From Candidatus Heimdallarchaeota archaeon (lineage in GTDB: Archaea; Asgardarchaeota; Heimdallarchaeia; Hodarchaeales; Hodarchaeaceae), in contig DXJL01000149.1 in the NCBI GenBank assembly GCA_019057635.1, positions 1-51,822 of the forward strand: 51,822 nt of DNA. The letters run 5' to 3'. The position numbers and the translations under genes are program-made. Shown piece by piece: positions 1 to 9,205 of the stretch (positions are counted from its first letter, which is position 1; each line of letters opens with the position of its first letter). The notes under the pieces were generated by a model, which was given only the letters and a program-made list of their open reading frames with translations, made no database searches and was not told the DNA's origin.

Positions 1-2
1 TC

Positions 3-1400
3 ATTGAGACAAATATTGGAACTGGCGCAGCTTTCTCTGTAGAAGTCCCAAAATTAATTTTTTACAAATCATTAGAAACCGTTGATCTTCTATTTTGCAT
101 CGTTATAAGCGAAGCTGACATTAACATTATGGCGGAATCTATCCTAGAAGTATACAATTCTTCTGCAGGTCAGTTTGTGCTGAGTCAAGTAATAACAATT
201 ATTATAATTTTCTTTTTAGCATTCTCAATATCTTTGATCGGGTATAGCTACGGAATAAGAGGAATTTTTCAGTCACGTACAAGATTAACTGAAGCTAAAC
301 TTGAAAAATCGGAAAAGGATTATCAAGATTTATTTGAAGACACCCCTCTTGGATTATATCGCTCTACTCCTAGTGGACAGTTTATTGCCGCTAATAAAGC
401 ATTTGTGCAATTATTAGGAGCCAATTCATTTGAAGAACTCGAAAGATGGAATATAAATGAGTTAACTAAAGAAATTGAATATCCACGCGCCGATTTTGCT
501 TTTAGAATAGCTGGAAGTAAGGAAGCAAAAACTTTTGAGTATCGCATTAAACGGTTAGATGGTCCTCACATTTATATTCGAGAACATTCAAGAGCAGTCC
601 TAAATGATGAGGGATCGATTCTATTTTATGAAGGATCGATGGAAGATATTTCTCAACAACGTGCTGCTGAGTTCGCGAAAACTGTTTTAGAACAAAAACG
701 ATCCGATTTCATTTCTATGACAACGCATGAGCTAAGAACTCCATTAACCTCAATTAAAGGCTTTACTGAAATACTTGAAAGGAGTAATGAAACAGATATC
801 GAAAAAGAAAAACGCGTACAAATTTATAGAATGATAAAGAAAAATGTTTTACGTCTTGAACGACTAGTGCAGGGTGTTAGTGATCTCACCCGCATGGAGC
901 AGGGTATCTTCGATTTACAAAAAGAAGAGTTTAAATTATGTGAATATCTTAAGAGGTTAATTCCCTTATTTGAAACATTGCTCGGTCATCCTATGCAAAT
1001 AATACGACATTCCCCTGAAAAAAGCTGTTGGGTCAATGCGGACAAGGATCGAATTGAGCAGATCTTAACTAACTTGATCGACAACGCAATTAAACATACT
1101 CCTGACGATAATCGTCAGATTTTAATTGAAATTGAGGTTCTAGAGAATGTATTACAACTTAAAATCGTGGATAACGGCTGTGGAATATCAACAGAAAACT
1201 TAGAAGTAATATTTAATCAATTTGTCTCCTTACCAACACAATATTCGGTAGTAGGTACTGGAATTGGATTGTACATTTCCAGATTATTTGCTGAAGCTCA
1301 AGGTGGTTCTCTTTGGGCTGAAAGTGAAGGAATTGGATTAGGATCAACATTTATATTAGAAATACCTCTTTTAAAAGAAAAACATCCTCCTTCTGATTAA
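3..1400 (+). CDS. Membrane-bound PAS-domain sensor histidine kinase (5'-partial; frame is open back to the window edge)
   Basis: TM helix, PAS (FEDTPLGLYRSTPSGQF...EDIS), H-box THELRTPLTSIKGF, N-box NLIDNAIKH, G1 DNGCGI, G2 GTGIGL. No stop between position 3 and the ATG at 129. Confidence 0.92.
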   Translation: METNIGTGAAFSVEVPKLIFYKSLETVDLLFCIVISEADINIMAESILEVYNSSAGQFVLSQVITIIIIFFLAFSISLIGYSYGIRGIFQSRTRLTEAKLEKSEKDYQDLFEDTPLGLYRSTPSGQFIAANKAFVQLLGANSFEELERWNINELTKEIEYPRADFAFRIAGSKEAKTFEYRIKRLDGPHIYIREHSRAVLNDEGSILFYEGSMEDISQQRAAEFAKTVLEQKRSDFISMTTHELRTPLTSIKGFTEILERSNETDIEKEKRVQIYRMIKKNVLRLERLVQGVSDLTRMEQGIFDLQKEEFKLCEYLKRLIPLFETLLGHPMQIIRHSPEKSCWVNADKDRIEQILTNLIDNAIKHTPDDNRQILIEIEVLENVLQLKIVDNGCGISTENLEVIFNQFVSLPTQYSVVGTGIGLYISRLFAEAQGGSLWAESEGIGLGSTFILEIPLLKEKHPPSD

Positions 1401-1567
1401 ACAAGAGCAGAGAGTAACTACATCAGCAATGAGAGGAACTAAATCAAGAAAAAATTATCATTTCTGGAAGACATCAAAGATCAATTACCCCCATCTTCAC
1501 TTTTTTAAACCTAATATGAATACTTTACAATATTATCTTCAAATCTCTCAATTATGTTGTAATCACC

Positions 1568-2497
1568 ATGAGCGCAGAAATAATTACTACAGACCGCCTT
1601 TCTAAATTTTATGGTTCCATACGAGGAATAGATGACGTTTCAATCAAGGTTCCGACAGGTGGTGTTGGATTTCTTGGCCCCAATGGAGCAGGAAAGACAA
1701 CATTAATCCGAACATTGCTGGGAATCATTCGTCCAACGAAAGGATCAGGCTATGTCTTAGGGTACAATATCAAATCTGAAATAAATCAAGTGAGGGATCG
1801 TATTGGGTATATTCCTGAGTTTAACACATCTTTTATTCCCGATATGACTGCTATGAAGTTTGTAGCTTTCTGTGGGCGGATGAATGGTCTTGCCAATGCA
1901 GAATCCAAACAACGGGCAAGTGATTCGTTGTATTATGTTGGTCTCGGTGAGGAAAGATATAGAAAATTAGGGACATTTTCCCTTGGAATGAAACAAAAAG
2001 TTAAACTTGCTTCAGCTTTGGTTCATGACCCAGAAATTATAATTGCTGATGAACCAACAAATGGTTTAGATCCCACTGGTCGCACTCAAATGTTAGAATT
2101 AATCCGTAATTTACAAACTGACCAAAATAAACACGTTATATTAAGCTCTCATTTATTGAGAGATGTTGAACAGACAACAGATTACGCCATAGTTTTTTCT
2201 GAAGGAGAAATACTTGCTCAAGGTAAAATTAAAGATTTAACTTCTGGTCGAAGCACTTCTATTAGTGTGAAAGTGAAATATCATCAGGAACAATTCATTA
2301 GGAATTTAAAAGATAAGGGATTTGAGGTATGGGATGAGGGAGGGTTTATCGAAGTAAAAAAATTCAATGATACAGAAAAGGCAATTTTCATAGCTGCTTA
2401 TGACTCTGGTGCGGAAATTAGATACTTTGGAAGTCGGTCTAGCACACTTGAGGATGTTTTTGTCGACTTGTTCCGAAATAAGGAGGGTATTCAATGA
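1568..2497 (+). CDS. ABC-2 type exporter ATP-binding subunit
   Basis: Walker A GPNGAGKT, signature FSLGMKQ, Walker B IIIADEPT, SSH switch. Confidence 0.95.
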   Translation: MSAEIITTDRLSKFYGSIRGIDDVSIKVPTGGVGFLGPNGAGKTTLIRTLLGIIRPTKGSGYVLGYNIKSEINQVRDRIGYIPEFNTSFIPDMTAMKFVAFCGRMNGLANAESKQRASDSLYYVGLGEERYRKLGTFSLGMKQKVKLASALVHDPEIIIADEPTNGLDPTGRTQMLELIRNLQTDQNKHVILSSHLLRDVEQTTDYAIVFSEGEILAQGKIKDLTSGRSTSISVKVKYHQEQFIRNLKDKGFEVWDEGGFIEVKKFNDTEKAIFIAAYDSGAEIRYFGSRSSTLEDVFVDLFRNKEGIQ

Positions 2498-3489
2498 GCG
2501 ATAAATCGAATCAGAATGGTGCATATGTTAGGAAGTTTTCTTTTCGGCCATATACAGGAGTCCGTCGTGGACGAATTTTCCGAATGTGGTCAATTTCTTG
2601 GCAGTGGTGGATTCACGAATGGGACCGATCTCGTGCAATTAAAATTCTTATCGGCTTTCAACTATTTACCCTACTTATAACAAATATCATGGTACTCACT
2701 TTTAAAAATCCTATCTTAAGTAATGAACAGATTCTTGAGGATACCTTAATACCATTAGTAAGGGGAATTGTAAGCTTTCAAACCACTATTCGTGGAGGAC
2801 AGTCAAACCATGATAATGGCTTTGGCGGGGGAACTTTTTCGATCGGTGGAACAAGTCTCTTCATACTGCTTCTTGCTGTACTTGTAGGATCAGGATTGAT
2901 TGCAGACGATATTACGAATAAAACAAATGAGATCTATTATGCAAAGCTAGAAAAATACGAATATATAATGGGAAAATTTGGGGCATTTTTTATCTTCGGA
3001 AATGTAATAATTACTCTCCCGTATGTTTTAGAATTTTTCTTACTCTACATTGGATTAGGAAATATGGATTTTATAGCAGTTCTTCCAGTTCTAGCTCATG
3101 TCATCCTTTTCACTGAATTAATTAATTTAACTTATGCCGCAATCATCTTGGCATTCTCTTCCTTAACTGGCCGACGTCTATATGCTGGCCTTACTACCTT
3201 TATGCTATTATTCCTTGCAAACATGATTATTCCCTCTCTTGCATTTGCACAGGGAGGAGAAGTAGGTCTTCAGTTATTAGGTGATGTTTTAACACTTCTT
3301 CTAATTGGATCCTATATTATAGACGGTGAATCAATAATCAGGTTAGATCTTCTCGGTAGAGAGCATACTCTAAACTTGGCAAATGGAATCGGAATTGAAA
3401 CATGGATGATTTTCGGAAGTCTAGGTTTAATTATCTCACTTGGCATTGCGATAGTAGTATTTCAAGTATATAGGAGGCACAGCATGTGA
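2494..3489 (+). CDS. ABC-2 type permease
   Basis: Multiple TM helices, GSGLIADD...YIMGKF ABC-2 loop, 4-bp overlaps with both flanking ATPases. Confidence 0.85.
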   Translation: MSDKSNQNGAYVRKFSFRPYTGVRRGRIFRMWSISWQWWIHEWDRSRAIKILIGFQLFTLLITNIMVLTFKNPILSNEQILEDTLIPLVRGIVSFQTTIRGGQSNHDNGFGGGTFSIGGTSLFILLLAVLVGSGLIADDITNKTNEIYYAKLEKYEYIMGKFGAFFIFGNVIITLPYVLEFFLLYIGLGNMDFIAVLPVLAHVILFTELINLTYAAIILAFSSLTGRRLYAGLTTFMLLFLANMIIPSLAFAQGGEVGLQLLGDVLTLLLIGSYIIDGESIIRLDLLGREHTLNLANGIGIETWMIFGSLGLIISLGIAIVVFQVYRRHSM

Positions 3490-4406
3490 TCGAATTGGAA
3501 AATGTATCTAAATCGTTTGGTGATGTTGTTGCGATATCAAATTTGAGTCTACATGTTAGAGCAGGTTCTATAACAGGGTTTTTAGGTCCGAATGGAGCAG
3601 GAAAAAGTACAACTTTAAAAGCTATCATGGGTGAAATTTATCCAGATATAGGAACAGTTTCTGTTCTTGGTGAAAATCCTATTAATAATAACAGACTCAA
3701 ACAAAGAACAGGTTATGTTTCAGAGCATGATGATTTGTATCCATGGATGAAAGGCAAACAATTTGTATCATCTCTTGCCAAGCTACTTTTACCTCGTGAA
3801 GAAGCAGAACGAGCAGCAAAAGAGGCATTAAAGAAAGTAGGATTAGCCGTTAAAGGAAAAAAAATCAGAGCTTATTCTAAAGGAATGAAACAACGCCTAA
3901 AAGTAGCCGCAGCTATCGTTCATAATCCAGATTTGCTTATTTTTGATGAACCATTTGGAGGTCTTGATCCACTTGGCCGTCGTGAAATGAAAAAACTGGT
4001 CCTGGAACTCAATCAAGATGGGGTAACAGTTCTAATTTCCAGTCATATTTTGTATGAGCTTGATCAAATGAGTAAACGTATGATTCTCATTCATCGAGGG
4101 CAAACACTTGCTGAAGGAGCTCCCTCGGAAATTTTAGAGCTTATCGATCAGTTTCCACATCAAATATTGATTCATGCGCCAATTGATCACCTTAAAAGTC
4201 TTTCAAAGTTAATGATTGATGAATCGATTATTACTTCTTTGAAATTCAACCCTGATAAATCAGCTACTGATTTAATTGCAATTACTAATAATCCAAAGGA
4301 GTTTTATCCGAAAATGACTCTGCTGATCGCTAAAAACAATCTTTCTATTGAGCATCTTGAAAGCACTACAGATAACATTGAGGCAATTTTCGAATACTTA
4401 ACATAA
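3486..4406 (+). CDS. ABC-2 type exporter ATP-binding subunit
   Basis: GPNGAGKS, YSKGMKQR, LLIFDEP, ISSH. Confidence 0.95.
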   Translation: MIELENVSKSFGDVVAISNLSLHVRAGSITGFLGPNGAGKSTTLKAIMGEIYPDIGTVSVLGENPINNNRLKQRTGYVSEHDDLYPWMKGKQFVSSLAKLLLPREEAERAAKEALKKVGLAVKGKKIRAYSKGMKQRLKVAAAIVHNPDLLIFDEPFGGLDPLGRREMKKLVLELNQDGVTVLISSHILYELDQMSKRMILIHRGQTLAEGAPSEILELIDQFPHQILIHAPIDHLKSLSKLMIDESIITSLKFNPDKSATDLIAITNNPKEFYPKMTLLIAKNNLSIEHLESTTDNIEAIFEYLT

Positions 4407-4421
4407 TGGAGGAATAAGAAC

Positions 4422-5228
4422 ATGACTGTCACACAAGATAAACCAAACTATGGGTATTCCCCTCCCTTACTTTCACGGGGAATATTCTTGATCCAAATTT
4501 TCTTAAATAAATATATGTATGACAAGAAAACATATATTTTGATTTTGATTAGTTTTCTTCCATTACTAACAATTGGCAATATTTTTAGACCTGGAATTGA
4601 TGATTATGTTAACCTAGTAGGTCCTGCTTCAATATTTAGTTTTATTGTTATGCCATTAATCTCCCTAATATTAGGTGTCTCCGCAATTTCTGACGAGAAG
4701 GAGAATAAAACCATCAGCCAACTGCTAGCGCGTCCTGTACGAAGAGAAGAGATAGTTGTTGCCAAATGGATTACTATCATGTTTATTGGTCTAATAATCG
4801 TAGCAATCAATACTTTGATTCTTTACTTGGGATTTTATATTTTACTACCAGAATCTATTGATCTTTTTGGAAATCTATCAGTACTGATTGGTACATGGTT
4901 GTATTTGGGCCTTTGGTACGTAGTATACGCTACGATTTTTTTATTCCTTGGCGTATTCATCGATAAAAATGCAATAGGTCTAGGTCTAGCGATTGCATAT
5001 TTTGAAGTTTTTTTCGGCCAGTTCTTATTTGGTGGTTTTACAGGAGCTTCTCCTTTTTCCATAGCCAATCACATTAATTATATTGCCTCAGAATATTTCT
5101 TAAGTGATTATCTGTCATTTTCTATAGCAAATTTTGAAGTATTTTCTTCAGTCTTAGTCTGTATAGGACTAGTAATTGGTTTTTTATTCCTCGCAGCATT
5201 CACAATGCGGAGAAAAGATTTCCCCTAA
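4422..5228 (+). CDS. ABC-2 type permease
   Basis: ISDEKENKTISQLLARPVRREEIVVAKW motif, about 6 TM helices, RRKDF end; GGAGG SD upstream. Confidence 0.9.
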   Translation: MTVTQDKPNYGYSPPLLSRGIFLIQIFLNKYMYDKKTYILILISFLPLLTIGNIFRPGIDDYVNLVGPASIFSFIVMPLISLILGVSAISDEKENKTISQLLARPVRREEIVVAKWITIMFIGLIIVAINTLILYLGFYILLPESIDLFGNLSVLIGTWLYLGLWYVVYATIFLFLGVFIDKNAIGLGLAIAYFEVFFGQFLFGGFTGASPFSIANHINYIASEYFLSDYLSFSIANFEVFSSVLVCIGLVIGFLFLAAFTMRRKDFP

Positions 5229-6118
5229 TTTCTCTTTTTCTTCTTCCCAGTACCTAAATATAATGAGCTTATTGCAATGAAAACAATAATAAAGTCAATA
5301 CTGCTAATATAACCCAATTCATCCTCTCGTTCAAGTCGAATGTCTAGAGATAGACTAGCAGAATTACTATTATTCACTGATCCTTCCATATCTGAATTGA
5401 TATCATAAAATAACAAGATTCCATTTTTTTTCTCCCATTTAAATTCAGCAGCATATACAAAATCCAAGAAAATACCTGTAGATTCATCATTCATTGTGCC
5501 AGAATATTCTACTTCCATGAAAAAATATTCTTTCGTTTCTTCATAATCTAAATATAGTACTGTCTCAATCCCTTCCAACGCTCCATCTAATTCTGGAATA
5601 GATTGATTCCAAATATTAAAAATTGATAGCCAAGGGAGGGTGACTGGTACTACAAAGAATTCCTCTCCAGCTGATACTCCAGCTGAATTATTAAAGAAAT
5701 TGACTTCGTTTCCTAGGACACTGAGGCCTAATGCATTTTGAATACCCAAAATAACTTGGGACTCATTGCTTTCAACATTTATTGTGCTAGTGTTTGATTT
5801 CATTTGATATACAACATTTACAGGATCTTCATCGTGAACGGATATGATACTGAGGTTGAACGTTGTTCCAACGGGAATAAGTTCCTCTCCCAGCATATAC
5901 CCCCGTGTAGAAATTTCCGTATCAAAGATTCCAAAAGAAAACGCAAAAGTTCTTTTTGCAGCTACTACTGTATAGGTCCATTTGTCTTCGGAATCAACAT
6001 TATAGCTTGAAAAGCTAGCCTCAACTGTGAACGGAGTGAGAAGTACTAAGAGGAACAGGAAAAGAACAGAAATATACCTGATTTGCAATGCTCGTTTAAG
6101 AACTCTCAAATCACTCAT
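5225..6118 (-). CDS. Secreted, C-terminally membrane-anchored surface protein of unknown function
   Basis: Signal peptide (RYISVLFLFLLVLLTPFTVEA), acidic beta-rich body with NxS/T sequons, C-terminal TM plus KKKKRN tail. Start moved to ATG 6118. Confidence 0.75.
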   Translation of the reverse strand: MSDLRVLKRALQIRYISVLFLFLLVLLTPFTVEASFSSYNVDSEDKWTYTVVAAKRTFAFSFGIFDTEISTRGYMLGEELIPVGTTFNLSIISVHDEDPVNVVYQMKSNTSTINVESNESQVILGIQNALGLSVLGNEVNFFNNSAGVSAGEEFFVVPVTLPWLSIFNIWNQSIPELDGALEGIETVLYLDYEETKEYFFMEVEYSGTMNDESTGIFLDFVYAAEFKWEKKNGILLFYDINSDMEGSVNNSNSASLSLDIRLEREDELGYISSIDFIIVFIAISSLYLGTGKKKKRN

Positions 6119-6221
6119 ATCATCAAAATACTTTGAGATATAAAAATATTCAGATGTAGGATTCGTCAATTTACTCTTCAAGTATTACTTATTAGATTAT
6201 AGTGATTTAACGTTAAGAAAT

Positions 6222-7382
6222 TCACCCCATATAATCTCTAATTCGCTTAAAAGCTTCTTTGATTTCCTCTTCAGACCTAGAAAAAGCAACACGGAAATAT
6301 CCATCAGCCGAATCTCCAAATGCCGCACCAGGGATTGTGGCAACGTTCGCTTTATTTAGAATTTCCTCTGCTACAAGTTCTGATGGCTTCTCTGAATGAG
6401 AATATTTGATAAAGCCATAAAATGCTCCATCAACACTATTGAGTGATAATCCATCTATCTTAGATACTTCATCTAGTAACAATTGTCTACGGACAGGAAA
6501 TACTTCTTCAATTACTTTTTGAGCTTCAAACCTATGTTCCAAAGCAGTCACTGCACCCCATTGGCAAAAAGTAGTTGCACAACTTGTACTTGCCTGTATA
6601 AATCGTAAAATACCTTGAGTCAACGTTTTATTAGCAATAGAATATCCGAGGCGGAAACCAGTCATGCTATATGTTTTAGAAAAGCCATTCACAACAATAA
6701 CATTGTCTCTCCAGTTTTCTAATTCAGTTAAAATAGTTTTGAAGGAGCTGGGAGCATACATATAGTCGTTATAGATTTCATCTGCAATTATCATGAGATT
6801 GGTATCCTCGATCAAATCTTTCACAAAAGAAAGCTCTTGGGAGGAAACGATATGTCCAGTTGGATTATTTGGAGAATTTAGGAGTAATGCTTTAACGTCA
6901 GTATTCGAGATGGTTTCCTTAACATACTCCTGATTAAGAGAAAAATCATCTTGCATGGGGACAGTCAAAAATTGACCACCGGAGAGACGCGCCATATCGG
7001 GATAGGAAACCCAATATGGTTCTGGGAAGAGAATTTTTTCTCCCCGATTAAGTAAGGCGTAAATTGATGCTAAAATGCTTTGTTTGGCACCTGAAGTTAC
7101 AACAATTTCCTCATTTGGATTTAGATCAACAGAATAATCATCGGTATAAGCAGAAGCTATCTTATTTCTCAATTCTGGGATTCCTGAACTGATAACATAT
7201 GTCGTTTTTCCTTGATTAATCGCATCGATAGTAGCGTTCACAATAGAGGGTAATGGTTGGAAATCTGGTTGGCCTATTTCCAAATGAATTATATTATGTC
7301 CATTAGCTTCTCTTTCTTTTGCTAATCGAAAAAATTTTGCCGTAGGAGACCCTTGAAGTTGTTTAAGCTGTTCTGATAGCAT
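6222..7382 (-). CDS. PLP-dependent class I/II aminotransferase (aspartate aminotransferase family)
   Basis: IGQPDF, NSPNNPTG, ADEIY, FSKTYSMTGFRLGY (PLP lysine), YFRVAF. Confidence 0.95.
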   Translation of the reverse strand: MLSEQLKQLQGSPTAKFFRLAKEREANGHNIIHLEIGQPDFQPLPSIVNATIDAINQGKTTYVISSGIPELRNKIASAYTDDYSVDLNPNEEIVVTSGAKQSILASIYALLNRGEKILFPEPYWVSYPDMARLSGGQFLTVPMQDDFSLNQEYVKETISNTDVKALLLNSPNNPTGHIVSSQELSFVKDLIEDTNLMIIADEIYNDYMYAPSSFKTILTELENWRDNVIVVNGFSKTYSMTGFRLGYSIANKTLTQGILRFIQASTSCATTFCQWGAVTALEHRFEAQKVIEEVFPVRRQLLLDEVSKIDGLSLNSVDGAFYGFIKYSHSEKPSELVAEEILNKANVATIPGAAFGDSADGYFRVAFSRSEEEIKEAFKRIRDYMG

Positions 7383-7599
7383 TTAATTCACATCTAGATT
7401 TGAATCATGTTGATAAACTTATAAATCTTTAAGATAATGAAGACATTGTCATAAAAGAAATTTTCATTTACCCTTTTGAAAACTATTCCCAAAGAATATA
7501 TTAATTCTAATCTTACTTAATTCCAAAAGTACTAGATTCATCTTCAAAATCTATAATCTAGCGTAATCGCGCTGATGAAATTAAATATATACACGTGAA

Positions 7600-8640
7600 A
7601 TGAGTATGAAAGTCGACCCAAATTGGTTTCTCTTTGTGGAGGAAAAAGAGATACGGTGGAGTTTTGGAAACCCCGATGAGGAGTTTAAAAGTTTTGTGAT
7701 TAATTTTCTTGCTGGATTAGCTCAAATTGGAGAGGAAATCTTTGGAGAAAATGGTGTAGCTTCGATAGAGTTTGATCTACCAAAGAAATCTCAAGTTCTA
7801 TCTTCTGAGATATTTATTGTGAATCTATCAAATAAGTTTTTTATTATTATGTCAGATCCAAGCATTACCATGAAGATGCTGAACCAACAAGGGGGAATAG
7901 CACCTGAAGTTGAAGAAATTTTATCAGCTGTGTTGGTTGGGCAAGCAGCAATACTATTCGGAACTAGTATTTCAGAAGTCTCATCAGATGATGAGAGTAG
8001 TAAAATTAAAAAGGTCTGGCAAAACATAATACTTGATATTTCAGCGAAGTATACAGATGATATAGACAAAATTGTTTCTTCGAACTCATCCAACTTTTCA
8101 CGGCTTGCATTTGAAGATTTGTTATTTCTACACTATCATTTAAGAAAACAATTAGAGCTAGGCAAGATTGTTTCTCCCAAGGGATGGAGTTTGGTGTCTC
8201 ATTACAGTGGTAGTGAAATCCCATTAGAACACAATATGGAATGGGATGCAGTTGTTCTAGCAGGTTATTTAGGGATAATTATTTCTTTTATTACTGCACT
8301 CTTTAATTCTAAACCAAAAACTCTCACCTTTGGAACGCATACAGTCCAAACTCTTTGTTTTATTAATGGAAAAGATGACTATTTCATTGCTATTGATTCC
8401 CCATTTACAAAACTTATTTTAGAGTCTGAATTTCAAACAAAATTCTTCGCACTTCAGGAAGAAGTTATTACGGATTTACACGATGCCCTTCGCAAGCGTA
8501 TTATCGAAGAAATTTTAGCTGCAAACGCAGAAGAATTGGAAAATCAAAATTTAGTCTCATTACTTCAAGATAACGTTTTATCAAGAAAAACACTCTTTAA
8601 ACGATTGTTTTCCCGTAAGAAACGACTTGATTTTAGGTGA
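7600..8640 (+). CDS. Hypothetical protein with probable tandem longin-like domains
   Basis: Two segments resemble longin helix 1 plus strands (INFLAGLAQIGEEIFGENGVASIEF; VLAGYLGIIISFITALFNSKPKTLTF); basic amphipathic C-terminus. Confidence 0.55.
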   Translation: MSMKVDPNWFLFVEEKEIRWSFGNPDEEFKSFVINFLAGLAQIGEEIFGENGVASIEFDLPKKSQVLSSEIFIVNLSNKFFIIMSDPSITMKMLNQQGGIAPEVEEILSAVLVGQAAILFGTSISEVSSDDESSKIKKVWQNIILDISAKYTDDIDKIVSSNSSNFSRLAFEDLLFLHYHLRKQLELGKIVSPKGWSLVSHYSGSEIPLEHNMEWDAVVLAGYLGIIISFITALFNSKPKTLTFGTHTVQTLCFINGKDDYFIAIDSPFTKLILESEFQTKFFALQEEVITDLHDALRKRIIEEILAANAEELENQNLVSLLQDNVLSRKTLFKRLFSRKKRLDFR

Positions 8641-8734
8641 AAACTTCTAAACAAGTTTACTACAATCGCAAACTTTTTGAATAGGAGAGCCTGTTATCTG
8701 TTGTCTAATATCTGAAAAAATGAAGTAGATTAAA

Positions 8735-8983
8735 ATGGCAGATAAAATTGGCGTTATAGAAAATTTTTTCGCAAAGATAAATGTGTGTGTTTTACATGTT
8801 ACTAGCGGTGAATTGTCCTTAAACGACACAATTAGTATAAAAGGGTCAACAACCGATATCACAATGACTGTAAACTCGATGCAAATTGATAAAAAGGATG
8901 TAGAACATGTCAAAACTGGAGAAAAAGTAGGTTTAAAAGTTCCAGATCGTGTTCGACCCGGAGATGAGGTTTTCAAAGAATAA
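8735..8983 (+). CDS. Small stand-alone translation-factor domain II-like beta-barrel protein
   Basis: KIGVIENFFAKINV...SMQID...GEKVGLKVPDRVRPGDEVFK matches the small 'translation elongation factor-like' / U32 C-terminal family pattern. Confidence 0.8.
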   Translation: MADKIGVIENFFAKINVCVLHVTSGELSLNDTISIKGSTTDITMTVNSMQIDKKDVEHVKTGEKVGLKVPDRVRPGDEVFKE

Positions 8984-9205
8984 ACATTAGAAGTTTCAAT
9001 TATTTTTTGATTCAATATTTCCTGAAGATTTTCAATCATTTCGTCAGTATTTCTAGAAAGAATAGTTCCGTGTCGAGTGTAATCTATTTCATTCCATTTA
9101 TATAATAGATCCAGTTTTAATGAAACACTTAACAAGTAAAAATCTTTAAGTATCCCTTAGAAACTGAAAGATTATTTTATTTCTCTCTGGATCAACGTCA
9201 AGGCA

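Noticed and set aside
3-60. IETNIGTGAAFSVEVP resembles the end of a HATPase domain
   Set aside because: The frame continues without a stop into a Cache-like strand pattern and the TM helix, so it is more simply the extracellular sensor of the same kinase
8647-9135. 162-aa minus-strand ORF
   Set aside because: Antisense shadow of the recognisable 82-aa plus-strand gene; no motifs
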